NCBI GenBank assembly: GCA_052390235.1 | Contig: JBQTHB010000002.1 | Location: forward strand, 480,001-544,000 | Direction of reading: 5' to 3' | Source: Deltaproteobacteria bacterium | Lineage (GTDB): Bacteria > Desulfobacterota_D > UBA1144 > Nemesobacterales > CSP1-2 | DNA length: 64,000 nt | Shown: in pieces, positions 54,869 to 64,000 of the stretch | Layout: each line of letters starts with the position of its first letter | How positions within the stretch are numbered: position 1 is the stretch's first letter | The notes under the pieces: generated by a model | What the model was told of the DNA's origin: nothing | Seen by the model: only the letters and a program-made list of their open reading frames with translations | The model's database searches: none | Made by a program: the position numbers and the translations under genes

Positions 54869-56143
54869 ATGTCTAATGATTCGATTAATTCCGTAGCTGT
54901 GATTGGACTAGGCTATGCCGGGCTTCCTGTGGCAGTGGCATTCGCCGAAAAAGGGGTTAGGGTCGTAGGGGTTGATATAGATAAAAATAAGGTTCGCTCG
55001 CTTGCCGAGGGGCGCTCTTATGTTGAGGACATAAGCGATGCTGATATTAAAATGTGTCTCGCGCATCTGCGCCCTACGGATGATTTCTCCGAGATAGCCG
55101 ATGTGGATGCCGTCATTATCTGCGTTCCCACCCCGCTTAACAAGACCCGCGAGCCTGACATTTCATATATTATTTCGGCGTCCAGAAGCGTAGCCGCGCA
55201 CCTGAGGCGCGGGATGATTATAGTGCTAGAGAGCACCACTTACCCCGGCACTACTGAAGAGGTGCTAAAACCCATGTTTGAAGAGGGCGGGCTCAGCGTG
55301 GGCAGGGACGTTTTCCTAGCCTTCTCCCCTGAGCGAGTTGACCCGGGCAATAAGAGATTCAACGTTAAGAACACCGCCAAGGTCGTGGGAGGGGTTACCG
55401 ATGCTTGCACCCAGCGCGCGGCGTCGCTCTACGCGATGATTTGCGATAGAGTCGTTACGGTGTCGTCCGCAAGCGCGGCAGAATCCGTGAAGCTACTCGA
55501 GAATACCTACAGAATAGTCAATATCGGACTCGTCAACGAAATAGCCCAGCTCTGCGGGAGAATGAAGCTCAATATTTGGGAAATTATCGAAGCCGCCTCG
55601 ACCAAGCCCTACGGTTTTATGCCGTTCTACCCGGGCCCGGGCATCGGGGGCCACTGCATCGGGATAGACCCGATTTATTTATCATGGAAGGCGAAGCTAT
55701 TTAACTTCCGCACCCGCTTCATCGAACTCGCCGACGAGATAAATAACAAAATGCCGGAATATGTAATAAGCCGCCTGTTCGAGGTTTTAAACGAGCGCGG
55801 CAGGTCAATAAGAAATTCAAATATTTTACTGCTGGGCGTGGCTTACAAGAGGGACATCGGCGACATTAGAGAGTCCCCGGCGCTTGAGGTCATAAAGCAT
55901 CTCGTCGAGCTAGGCGCTTGCGTGTCGGTAAACGACCCCTATGTGCCAGAATTTCACCATTTGGATAGAACTTGGCGCTCCGAAGAGCTTACGGAGGGGT
56001 TGCTCAAGGCGGCGGACTGTGTTGTAATTACTACCGACCACGGCGCGTATGACTGGGGCTGGATTGTAGCGCGCTCTAATGCCGTGCTGGACACTAGAAA
56101 CGCCACCAAGGCGGTATCTTCGGATATAATTAGGAAGCTCTAG
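54869..56143 (+). CDS. UDP-N-acetyl-hexosamine (nucleotide sugar) dehydrogenase
   Basis: GLGYAG, CVPTP, ESTTYPGTT, FSPER, GGHC, D.RESP. Confidence 0.93.
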   Translation: MSNDSINSVAVIGLGYAGLPVAVAFAEKGVRVVGVDIDKNKVRSLAEGRSYVEDISDADIKMCLAHLRPTDDFSEIADVDAVIICVPTPLNKTREPDISYIISASRSVAAHLRRGMIIVLESTTYPGTTEEVLKPMFEEGGLSVGRDVFLAFSPERVDPGNKRFNVKNTAKVVGGVTDACTQRAASLYAMICDRVVTVSSASAAESVKLLENTYRIVNIGLVNEIAQLCGRMKLNIWEIIEAASTKPYGFMPFYPGPGIGGHCIGIDPIYLSWKAKLFNFRTRFIELADEINNKMPEYVISRLFEVLNERGRSIRNSNILLLGVAYKRDIGDIRESPALEVIKHLVELGACVSVNDPYVPEFHHLDRTWRSEELTEGLLKAADCVVITTDHGAYDWGWIVARSNAVLDTRNATKAVSSDIIRKL

Positions 56144-56196
56144 CCTATGGTAAGCGAGGAAAATTTTATTAAGCTGATTGCCGGAGGCGACAGGTT

Positions 56197-56829
56197 ATGG
56201 CTAAGTTTGGGTTTGTGTGCTTGATATTACTAGCGGCGGCTGTCGTGTCCTGCTCCTCTTTAAGGCAGTTCGACACCACTTCTGGCGTTAATAACCCCAG
56301 CGGAGACGCTCAGAAGTCCCCCGCTCCGGTTGCTAGCACGCAGCAACAGGTTATAGAGTATAGAATTGGCACTTCGGACAGGCTAGAAATCTCTGTCCTT
56401 CAATATCCGGAACTCACAAAGCAGGTCATAGTGAGACCGGACGGCATAATCTCTCTGCCGCTAATCGGGGAAGTCGCCGCCGGCGGACTAAAACCAACAG
56501 AGCTTGAGAGGCTCCTATCCGAGAGATATGTAGAGTACCTGCGCTCTCCTTCGGTTACGGTGAATGTGCTTGACGCCAAGAGTTTCGAGGTGCTTATAAG
56601 GGGCGAGGTCAGCAGACCCGGCGCTTACCCTTATAAGCAAGGGATGACGCTTCTGGACTTGCTGACCACGGCGGGGGATTTTACTATTTATGCCGATAAA
56701 AACGACGTTACGATAATTCGAGGAAGCGGTAGCAATAGGAAAATCATAAAGGCAAAGCTCAAGAACCCTGAGGATTTATACACGCCCCTGTATATTGAGC
56801 CGGGCGATATAGTTGTGATAGGGGATTAG
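56197..56829 (+). CDS. Polysaccharide export lipoprotein (Wza/OPX family, short form)
   Basis: Lipobox VVSC, YRIG..D.L.I, VRPDG.ISLPLIG, SLBB domain. Confidence 0.9.
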   Translation: MAKFGFVCLILLAAAVVSCSSLRQFDTTSGVNNPSGDAQKSPAPVASTQQQVIEYRIGTSDRLEISVLQYPELTKQVIVRPDGIISLPLIGEVAAGGLKPTELERLLSERYVEYLRSPSVTVNVLDAKSFEVLIRGEVSRPGAYPYKQGMTLLDLLTTAGDFTIYADKNDVTIIRGSGSNRKIIKAKLKNPEDLYTPLYIEPGDIVVIGD

Positions 56830-56833
56830 AATT

Positions 56834-58162
56834 ATGGGAATAATGTGGCAGGAAAACGGAATAGTTGAAGAAGTGGCGAAAAAGGTCTCGATTTGGCCCT
56901 ATACTGCCCTTCTTGGGGATGCCGCGATAATATCGCTTCTCGCGCTTCTCGGGTTTTATGATTTTAAAAATCCCTCGGCTCATGCGCTTTTCTATACGGG
57001 AATATTCATATTTCTCATGTTTGCCTTCAGTTTTTATAATCCATCGCTTCTTAATGTAAGCAAGAAACGGAGCGAGATAATTACCAATTTGGCGGTTTTA
57101 TCTCTAATCATGATGCTATACCCCTTCGGCATAGGGGCTAGGAACATCAGCATTCCCTACCTCGGTTTCTTTCTGATTCCGCCCGCTTTGCTGGCATGGA
57201 GGGTTTCCATACTGCCGAGGCTTCTGCGCCCCAAGAGGGTGATAGTTCTCGGCGCGGGAACTGAAGCCAGAGTCATCATCGCCGCTCTCGAGGAAAATCC
57301 CCTGTTTGAGTGCGTCGCCAATATCTCGCAGGAGGAGCTAAGGGGGGTAATGGGGCTTCCTCAACCTGAGTACTGGCAGGAGAAGAAAATAGACAAAGTG
57401 ATTATTGCCATTAACGAGAGACGAGGGGTGCTTCCGCTCCAAACCCTGCTCAGTTACCGGCTATCGGGAATAGATATTCAGACAGCAAGCGATTTTTTTG
57501 AGAGATCGCTTGGGAAGATTAAGCTCCGTGATTTCCGCCCAATGGACGTTATTCTGAGCGAGGGGTTCGGCGAAACCAGGATTTCGCTCGTGATTAAGAG
57601 GCTTATAGACATATTTATTGCCCTGTTCGGCTTAATTGTCCTCTCGCCCGCAATTGTGCTCCTAATAATATTGATTAAGCTCGAATCCCGTGGGCCCGTG
57701 ATATTTAAGCAAGTGCGGCTCGGACAGGGGGGGGGCTCTTTTACTATGTATAAATTCCGCTCTATGTACATTGACGCCGAGAAGGACGGGGCAAAGTGGG
57801 CGAGAAGAGGGGATTCTCGAATCACTCTAGTTGGACGAATAATTAGACCTCTGCATATAGATGAGATGCCGCAGCTGTGGAATATACTCACCGGGGAGAT
57901 GAGCTTTATAGGCCCCCGCCCGGAGAGGCCTGAATTTGTCAGCGAGCTGGAAAAAGAGGTGCCGTACTATAAACTCAGGCTTCTGTTTAAACCGGGTATT
58001 ACCGGCTGGGCTCAGGTCAATTACGGTTATGGAAACTCAGTCGAGGACGCATTTGAGAAGATGCAGTACGATTTCTACTATATTAAAAACTGGTCTTTAG
58101 CTCTCGATTTACTTATATTGGTGAAAACGATAAATTCCCTGAAAGGACAAGAGGCGTGCTAG
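56834..58162 (+). CDS. Polyprenyl glycosylphosphotransferase (priming sugar transferase)
   Basis: KRLIDI, FKQ.R.G, YKFRSM, DEMPQLWN..GEMS.IGPRPERP, KPGITGWAQV. Confidence 0.93.
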   Translation: MGIMWQENGIVEEVAKKVSIWPYTALLGDAAIISLLALLGFYDFKNPSAHALFYTGIFIFLMFAFSFYNPSLLNVSKKRSEIITNLAVLSLIMMLYPFGIGARNISIPYLGFFLIPPALLAWRVSILPRLLRPKRVIVLGAGTEARVIIAALEENPLFECVANISQEELRGVMGLPQPEYWQEKKIDKVIIAINERRGVLPLQTLLSYRLSGIDIQTASDFFERSLGKIKLRDFRPMDVILSEGFGETRISLVIKRLIDIFIALFGLIVLSPAIVLLIILIKLESRGPVIFKQVRLGQGGGSFTMYKFRSMYIDAEKDGAKWARRGDSRITLVGRIIRPLHIDEMPQLWNILTGEMSFIGPRPERPEFVSELEKEVPYYKLRLLFKPGITGWAQVNYGYGNSVEDAFEKMQYDFYYIKNWSLALDLLILVKTINSLKGQEAC

Positions 58163-58177
58163 AGCGGGAGGCTTTCT

Positions 58178-59689
58178 ATGCCTGAGAAATTTGATATATA
58201 TCAGTATCTGAACTTAGCCCTTAAGCATAAGAGCTATCTCATATTCTCTTTTCTGGGAGTATCCCTCCTTTTCACGATATTTGCTTTTTTAATGACCGAG
58301 GTTTATCAGGCTAAGACCCTCGTGCTTGTTCAAAGAGAGGTGATTCAAAACCCGCTCGGCAAGGGGGCGCTAAACCCAGAGGACGCCAATAAGAAACTGG
58401 CAATCCTAAAGCAGGTCATCACAAGCCGCCGCTTCGTACAGGAAACCATGAATAAGGTGGGAATTGACGCCAGAGCGCAAAACCCAGGGCAGTACGAGAG
58501 GCTTCTTAGCAACACGATTGAGAAAATCACTATAACGCTGAAAGAAAAGTCCGGCACTTTTGAAATAGCGTATCAGGATAAGGACCCTAAAACCGCCGCA
58601 TTTTTCGTCAACACCATCACCGGAATATATACGGATTTCGTCCTATCCGGCAAACAGGGGCAGTCCTATACGGCTTTTCAGTTCCTCAAAGAGCAGATAA
58701 AAGTCTATGAGCAGAAGCTCGTGGTTTCGGAAAAAGCCCTGAGGGAGTTTAAAGAAACCCATTTTGATTATCTCCCCGAAAATCGCAATAACAATCTGGC
58801 AAGGCTCAATGCCCTGAGCGCCGCGCTCACTCAAATTGACTTCGCCACAAGAGAAGCTCAAATAAGGCGAAACGCCGTGGTAAGCGGGGCTTCCGTCTCG
58901 GCTAGAGGCGGGTCGGTTACTCTGTCCCCGCAAACTGCCTTCCTTATAGCTAAAAAAAATCAGCTCTCTCAGCTTCTGAGCAGATACACCGACAAACACC
59001 CTGACATAATTGCCCTCAGGCAGGAGATAGCCGCTCTCGAAAGCGGCATAGGCTCTGAGACTGCCATCTCCGGCGGAGTAGTTGTGGGCGGCGGCCCTCT
59101 GGCATCTGAACTTCAGAGGGCTAATCTCGAATTAGACGCTCTTGCCGCCAGAAAGGTCGAGATTGAAAATGAGATGAAACTGCTCGAAGAGAAGGTCAAA
59201 CAAGTGCCGGCTCTGGAGCAGGAGCTCACTACTCTAACGCGCGACTACAACGTCAACACCGAGTTCTATCAGACCCTTTTAACTAAGCTCGAAGAAACTA
59301 ACGTCTTTAGGGATTTGGAGAATTCCACATCGCTTGAAATTTTTGAAGTCCTGGACCCTGCTGTTGTGCCGGTGAAGCCGATAAAGCCCGATCGCCCCAA
59401 GATAATTATCCTTGGGATGATTCTCGGACTTGCTGTCGGCGCGGGAGTCGTATTCCTGAAGGAGAACATGGACACTTCCCTAAAAACCGTAAAAGAGGCG
59501 AAGGAATTTCTGCAGGGGATTGGATTTTCAGTGCTTGCCGTCATCCCGAAGTCATTGTCCGGAGACCAGCCAGTTGTGAAGCGCACTCCCAGAGAGCTTC
59601 TTCGGGATTTTTATCAGGTGGCTTTGGTGGGGGCGTATTTAGTGGTGGCTATCGCGCTAATAGTGATTGAGACAATGAGAACAAGCTAG
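58178..59689 (+). CDS. Polysaccharide chain-length determinant (Wzz/Wzc N-terminal type)
   Basis: Two flanking TMs, coiled coil, YTDKHPD, DPAVVP..P.KP.R. Confidence 0.9.
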   Translation: MPEKFDIYQYLNLALKHKSYLIFSFLGVSLLFTIFAFLMTEVYQAKTLVLVQREVIQNPLGKGALNPEDANKKLAILKQVITSRRFVQETMNKVGIDARAQNPGQYERLLSNTIEKITITLKEKSGTFEIAYQDKDPKTAAFFVNTITGIYTDFVLSGKQGQSYTAFQFLKEQIKVYEQKLVVSEKALREFKETHFDYLPENRNNNLARLNALSAALTQIDFATREAQIRRNAVVSGASVSARGGSVTLSPQTAFLIAKKNQLSQLLSRYTDKHPDIIALRQEIAALESGIGSETAISGGVVVGGGPLASELQRANLELDALAARKVEIENEMKLLEEKVKQVPALEQELTTLTRDYNVNTEFYQTLLTKLEETNVFRDLENSTSLEIFEVLDPAVVPVKPIKPDRPKIIILGMILGLAVGAGVVFLKENMDTSLKTVKEAKEFLQGIGFSVLAVIPKSLSGDQPVVKRTPRELLRDFYQVALVGAYLVVAIALIVIETMRTS

Positions 59690-59721
59690 GGGGGATTTTA
59701 TTAAAATCCATTCTAGGAGGC

Positions 59722-60534
59722 ATGATAATAGTTATGAAAGATAGCGCTGCGGAAAGCAAAATAGAGCTTGCCCTCAGGAAAGCCCTAGCCGAGAATAAAG
59801 CCAAGCAAATTGATAATCTGCACGAGAGAAAATTTTCTAAAAAATGCATCTTAAAACCCAACTCTAAGCTCTTCATGCTTAACAATGCACAATCTCAGGC
59901 GGCCGAAGAGGTTAGAAAACTAGCCGCCACTTTATTTGAAAAACTCCCACTGCCGCATAAAAACTCAGTCTTAATTACAAGCCCCGTTAAAGGCGATGGA
60001 AAAACCGTTATCTCGACGAATCTATCGGTCGCTATTGCGCAGCACTACGCCGAACACGCCCTCTTGGTTGAGCTTGACTTGCGAAATATGGGATTTCAGG
60101 ACGTATTCGAGTTCCCTCAGGAGGCTAAGGGGCTATCCCACTACCTTCAGGGCGAAACCCCGAATGCGTCGGATATTTTTTACTCCCTCTCCGAGATGCC
60201 GAAGCTCTCTATTCTGCCCGCGATTAAAAAAACCAGGAAATCTGCCGAAGCGATTCACTCCCCTCGAATGCTCGACTTGTTTGGCGAAATAAAGAGCCGG
60301 TATTCGGATCGCTACATAATTATTGATTCGTCGCCGGTTTTATATACGACTGACCCGAGGTTTCTATCCTCGCTGGTGGATGCGGTTATCCTGGTGATAG
60401 ACCTTGAGAGGACTCCGAAGCAGGCAATAGAAGATACGATAGCGACTCTCGACGAGAGCAAAATTTTCGGCATTATTTTAAATAAAGTAACTGATAAGTC
60501 CGTTGGTATTGCAGGCGATTACTACTACTATTAG
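59722..60534 (+). CDS. Bacterial tyrosine autokinase (CpsD/CapB family)
   Basis: TSPVKGDGKT, IIIDSSP, C-terminal DYYYY cluster. Confidence 0.9.
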   Translation: MIIVMKDSAAESKIELALRKALAENKAKQIDNLHERKFSKKCILKPNSKLFMLNNAQSQAAEEVRKLAATLFEKLPLPHKNSVLITSPVKGDGKTVISTNLSVAIAQHYAEHALLVELDLRNMGFQDVFEFPQEAKGLSHYLQGETPNASDIFYSLSEMPKLSILPAIKKTRKSAEAIHSPRMLDLFGEIKSRYSDRYIIIDSSPVLYTTDPRFLSSLVDAVILVIDLERTPKQAIEDTIATLDESKIFGIILNKVTDKSVGIAGDYYYY

Positions 60535-60588
60535 CCCTGCTGGCAGGGATTTGGGTTCTAAATCTATCGGATATTTGTAAATCATCCA

Positions 60589-61509
60589 ATGAGCACAGAG
60601 CGCGATAAAGGGGTTTTGCCAGAGGATTTGTCCCGCGTTGGTTCGGAGGGAGGCGCCGTGTTGGCTTCTCGGGAGGAGTACGCCGGTGCGCGGGAATGGT
60701 TTTTGCTCGTGGTTGCCGCTATTGCATTTTTGGGCGTTTTTACTCCGACTATGCTATGGCTATACGAGAGGTGGTCGCTGGGGATATGGTATCACTCCCA
60801 TGGGTTTTTGATACCTCCGGTGAGCGTGTATTTTGCTTGGCAGATAATTAAAAATTTCCCTAAGGACGAGAAGTCCAGTCCATCGCCGATTGGTTTTTTC
60901 TTTCTTATTCCAGCTATCGTGGCTCATGTTGCCGATACCGCCCTGCAGAGCTATATGCTCTCGTCAATTGCGCTCATCTTTGCGATAATAGGACTGGCGC
61001 TTCTGCTGCTCGGGGTGAACCGAACCAAAGCGCTGTGGTTTCCCATTGTTTTTCTCTTTTTTATGTTGCCCGTGCCGCTTGTGGCAACCGAGGAATTCCG
61101 AAATGCGCTGCGACTTATAACCGCAATAGCTAATGAAAACATAATGGGACTGGTAGGAGAGCCGGTTTATAGGGAGGGGACGCTCCTCTACACATCCGAG
61201 GGGCCTGTGCAAATTGCAGATGCCTGTAGCGGCTTTTCGACCCTCCTGGGGATGATTACTATAAGCTCGATTTATGCCTATACCTCGGCGTCGGGGCTTA
61301 GAGAGGGGCTGATACTGGTGCTGATTTCAATTCCTATATCCGTTATTGCCAACATTATAAGAGTATTCATAATAATTGAGCTGTGCATTTATCTCGGCTT
61401 TGGGATTCTCGACACCACAGCGCATCCAGCCTCAGGCGTCTTTGCGTTTGTCCTCGGCATAATATTTCTCACCGTGTTTCACCGTGTTGCCTATAGAGAC
61501 AAAGGTTAA
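60589..61509 (+). CDS. Exosortase (EpsH family)
   Basis: HSHGFLIP, FLFFMLPVP, IADACSG catalytic Cys, NIIRV Arg, late His (AHP); about 8 TMs. Confidence 0.92.
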   Translation: MSTERDKGVLPEDLSRVGSEGGAVLASREEYAGAREWFLLVVAAIAFLGVFTPTMLWLYERWSLGIWYHSHGFLIPPVSVYFAWQIIKNFPKDEKSSPSPIGFFFLIPAIVAHVADTALQSYMLSSIALIFAIIGLALLLLGVNRTKALWFPIVFLFFMLPVPLVATEEFRNALRLITAIANENIMGLVGEPVYREGTLLYTSEGPVQIADACSGFSTLLGMITISSIYAYTSASGLREGLILVLISIPISVIANIIRVFIIIELCIYLGFGILDTTAHPASGVFAFVLGIIFLTVFHRVAYRDKG

Positions 61510-61516
61510 CTCTGCT

Positions 61517-62206
61517 ATGATATTCTCCGTACGCTATTTAAAAGCTGCATCAATAGTATTAATTCTCGCTTTTATTCCCACGTATTTTAACTTCTATCAC
61601 GCCCGCCCTGCGCTGACCGACGCGAAAGTGAAATTGATTTCTCTGGACTCCGCGCGGTTTTCGGACGCCAAAGTTCCCCCCCGCCGGGGCGATAAATGGG
61701 CTGAAAAACGCTTCAGCACTGGCGACTGGGTTGAGCGCACCTACATAGACGCCGAAAATAACCAATCCGTGAGGCTTTTTGCCGCCCGCTCCTACGTAAC
61801 TAAGCCGCTTTTTTATCTCCCCAATACGACTCTCCTAGGCTCTGCTTGGCACAGCCGTGCGGTTAGCTCCGGCGCTCAAGCGGCGGAATTTGGCTCTCTG
61901 CCGGTTACAGAGGTCGTAATGAGGGGTGTTGGAGAGTACAGGGTTGCCGTTTACGCTCTCTTTTACGGGAGCAGGCTGGTTAAAAATCCTTATTTATTTT
62001 ATCTCTCGATAATACCGGAGCTTCTCGTCGGAAAGCGCGAACCTATGACTCTCATCTTTGTTGACTCGGCTGTTGCCGAGGGGGGGGACGAATCCCTGCC
62101 AGAGGTTTCGGCGCGAGGGGCGCTGCGCATGGCGGCGGAGTCGTTCATCCGAAATGAGAAGGGGGGAGGCGCGCAGGTCCAACCGCGAGCCTCGAATAAA
62201 CACTGA
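61517..62206 (+). CDS. EpsI-like exosortase-associated periplasmic protein
   Basis: N-terminal TM, ERTY...V.LF pattern; directly after the exosortase. Confidence 0.6.
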   Translation: MIFSVRYLKAASIVLILAFIPTYFNFYHARPALTDAKVKLISLDSARFSDAKVPPRRGDKWAEKRFSTGDWVERTYIDAENNQSVRLFAARSYVTKPLFYLPNTTLLGSAWHSRAVSSGAQAAEFGSLPVTEVVMRGVGEYRVAVYALFYGSRLVKNPYLFYLSIIPELLVGKREPMTLIFVDSAVAEGGDESLPEVSARGALRMAAESFIRNEKGGGAQVQPRASNKH

Positions 62207-62228
62207 GAGAGCTGTGCCGTATTAAAAA

Positions 62229-64000
62229 ATGGGGGTAATCTGCTTGCCTGCGAGTTTAATTCGATTCCTAAGGCTTCAGGAGCTTTGGTTTAGCGCTGTT
62301 CTCGTTTCGACCCTAGCTATTCAGATTGCTGACTCTGCGCTCCTGCAACTTAAATTTGCCTATTTCAATTTCGGCAGCGAGGCTTTCAGGTCTATGCCGG
62401 CGGTTTATTCCTGGATTTCATATCTCGCCCTGTCAACGGCAAGCGATATATTTTTCACCTCGGCTCTTGTCTCAACCGTTTTCTTTGCCCTGCGTCCGCT
62501 GATGAACCCCTCATCTGTCGCGTTTTTGGCGCTGATTATCCCGATTTCTATCGGATGGGTATTTGCGGCGATACAGTACAAGATTTTCTCCTATTTCAGG
62601 GATTCGTTTGACTTTTATCTGCTTCGTTCGCTGGGCGGGGGCAGGCTGGGGGATTCACTCAAGTATCTATCGCCAGAGATAGTGACTTTTGGAGCGCCGC
62701 TATTACTCATCTCGGCGCTTCTCTTGCTAATATTTCGGATACTGAGGCGATACCCGAACTGGGCTTTTCCATCCCCTGAGATTGGGCGGCGGCGATTTCT
62801 CATTATCACCTTTTCCTGTTTCGCGCTCTCTGTAACAGGCGCTCTCGCCTCAAAAAACCTGCCCGAAATTCAATTTGGCTTGAGTAAAAAGCTCTCCTTC
62901 ATAGTATTCGGCGGGATTATAGATAAAATCACGGACTTTGACTCCGATGGCTATGGAATCATGTCCGCCCCGCCTGACCCGGATCTGCTCAATCCCCAAA
63001 TTCACCCGTTCGCCCTCGACACCCCTTCAAACGGCGTGGACGAGAACGGCGTAGCCGGAGACCTTCCAATGAGATTTGTAGATGAGCTAAAAAAATCCGT
63101 AGCCCCGTCCCCCGCAGAGATTTATAAAAAACGGACTGTCGTACTCATCGTCCTCGAAACTTTCCGATGGGACGTTTTGGGAAGCAAATTAGGCGGCATC
63201 GAGATAACGCCGAACCTCAACAGACTCGCCAAAGAGGGGTTATCAATTCCCCTTGCCTACTCTCAAAGCCCGGTAACCGAAAACACTCTCAGAAATATCT
63301 ATCTCGGCACGCCGTGCGCTGGGCTTACCGAAACCTCAATCTTTGATGATTTCGCCCGGCTCGGCTATGAAACCGCTATATTTTCCGGCTCCGACGAGTC
63401 TTACGGCGGGGTGGACAGAAGCGTAGGGCTTGAGCGCGCCGATAAATTCTATGACGCGAGGCTTGAGCCGGAGCATCGAATGTACCCCGGCAACCTCCCG
63501 ATGAGCCGTATGATTGGGGCTAAACATCTCAATAAGCGGATATTTGAATTCCTTGGCGAAAGGGACCGTTCACGCCCACTGTTTCTATACGTGAACTTTC
63601 AGGACGCCCACTTCCCCTATAGCTATCCAGGGCTGGACAATATCCTCAACATCTCCCCTGTAGCGCGGCGTAAAATGAGCAAGGACAACGCCCCTAGGGT
63701 CAGGGAAACATATCTGAACGCCATCACGTTTACGGACAGAGAGCTTGGAAATTTCATTGAGCGTCTAAAGGGCATGGGAAATTACGAGGACACGGTGATT
63801 TTAATAACCGGAGACCACGGCGAGGATCTATTTGAAGAGGGCTATTTGGGACACGGCACATGGCTTAGCGATATTCAGACGCACGTTCCTTTTATCCTCA
63901 TAAACGGCGGAATTGACGTTCGCTATCCCGTGGGGCATCAGGAAATTCGCTGGATTTTGCACCGCGCCCTAGAAAATCCCGACGGCGGCTACAGGGGGCA
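62229..64000 (+). CDS. Membrane-anchored LtaS/sulfatase-like hydrolase or transferase (partial, runs off window)
   Basis: Manual translation, absent from ORF track: several TMs, VVLIVLETFRWD, TPNLN, SPVT, LYVNFQDAHFPY, ILITGDHGE. Confidence 0.85.
   Translation, partial: MGVICLPASLIRFLRLQELWFSAVLVSTLAIQIADSALLQLKFAYFNFGSEAFRSMPAVYSWISYLALSTASDIFFTSALVSTVFFALRPLMNPSSVAFLALIIPISIGWVFAAIQYKIFSYFRDSFDFYLLRSLGGGRLGDSLKYLSPEIVTFGAPLLLISALLLLIFRILRRYPNWAFPSPEIGRRRFLIITFSCFALSVTGALASKNLPEIQFGLSKKLSFIVFGGIIDKITDFDSDGYGIMSAPPDPDLLNPQIHPFALDTPSNGVDENGVAGDLPMRFVDELKKSVAPSPAEIYKKRTVVLIVLETFRWDVLGSKLGGIEITPNLNRLAKEGLSIPLAYSQSPVTENTLRNIYLGTPCAGLTETSIFDDFARLGYETAIFSGSDESYGGVDRSVGLERADKFYDARLEPEHRMYPGNLPMSRMIGAKHLNKRIFEFLGERDRSRPLFLYVNFQDAHFPYSYPGLDNILNISPVARRKMSKDNAPRVRETYLNAITFTDRELGNFIERLKGMGNYEDTVILITGDHGEDLFEEGYLGHGTWLSDIQTHVPFILINGGIDVRYPVGHQEIRWILHRALENPDGGYRG

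Overview
This is a gene-dense bacterial chromosome segment of moderate GC. Gene order (ftsH-folP-cdaA-cdaR-glmM-pdxJ-acpS; merR-tRNA-Pro-surE; xerD-site-2 protease-scpA-scpB) suggests a diderm of the Desulfobacterota/'Deltaproteobacteria' orbit, possibly Ca. Dadabacteria; this is inference only. Most of 1-45 kb is housekeeping. From 45.4 kb to the end lies a PEP-CTERM/exosortase-type sorting plus exopolysaccharide locus: OM barrel, PrsT, ATPase, PrsK/PrsR, Wza-like, sugar transferase, chain-length protein, tyrosine kinase, exosortase, EpsI-like and an LtaS/sulfatase-like gene running off the edge. The most unusual elements are: (i) three tandem paralogous lipoproteins built almost wholly from Cys/Asp-rich C-x4-DxDxDGxxDC-xD-xxC repeats (7.8-11.0 kb); (ii) an unannotated sigma54 promoter with IHF and enhancer-like sites driving a structured putative sRNA or 30-aa ORF between rnhB and merR; (iii) a solitary AT-rich UvrD-helicase/Fe-S PD-(D/E)XK nuclease fusion between ybeY and scpB; (iv) a DnaD-like plus DnaC-like gene pair inside a housekeeping run; (v) a fluC/crcB gene frameshifted in a G6 tract; and (vi) several apparently leaderless or short-leader genes. 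No CRISPR array, rRNA or transposase was seen. All calls come from manual motif reading; no database searches were run.
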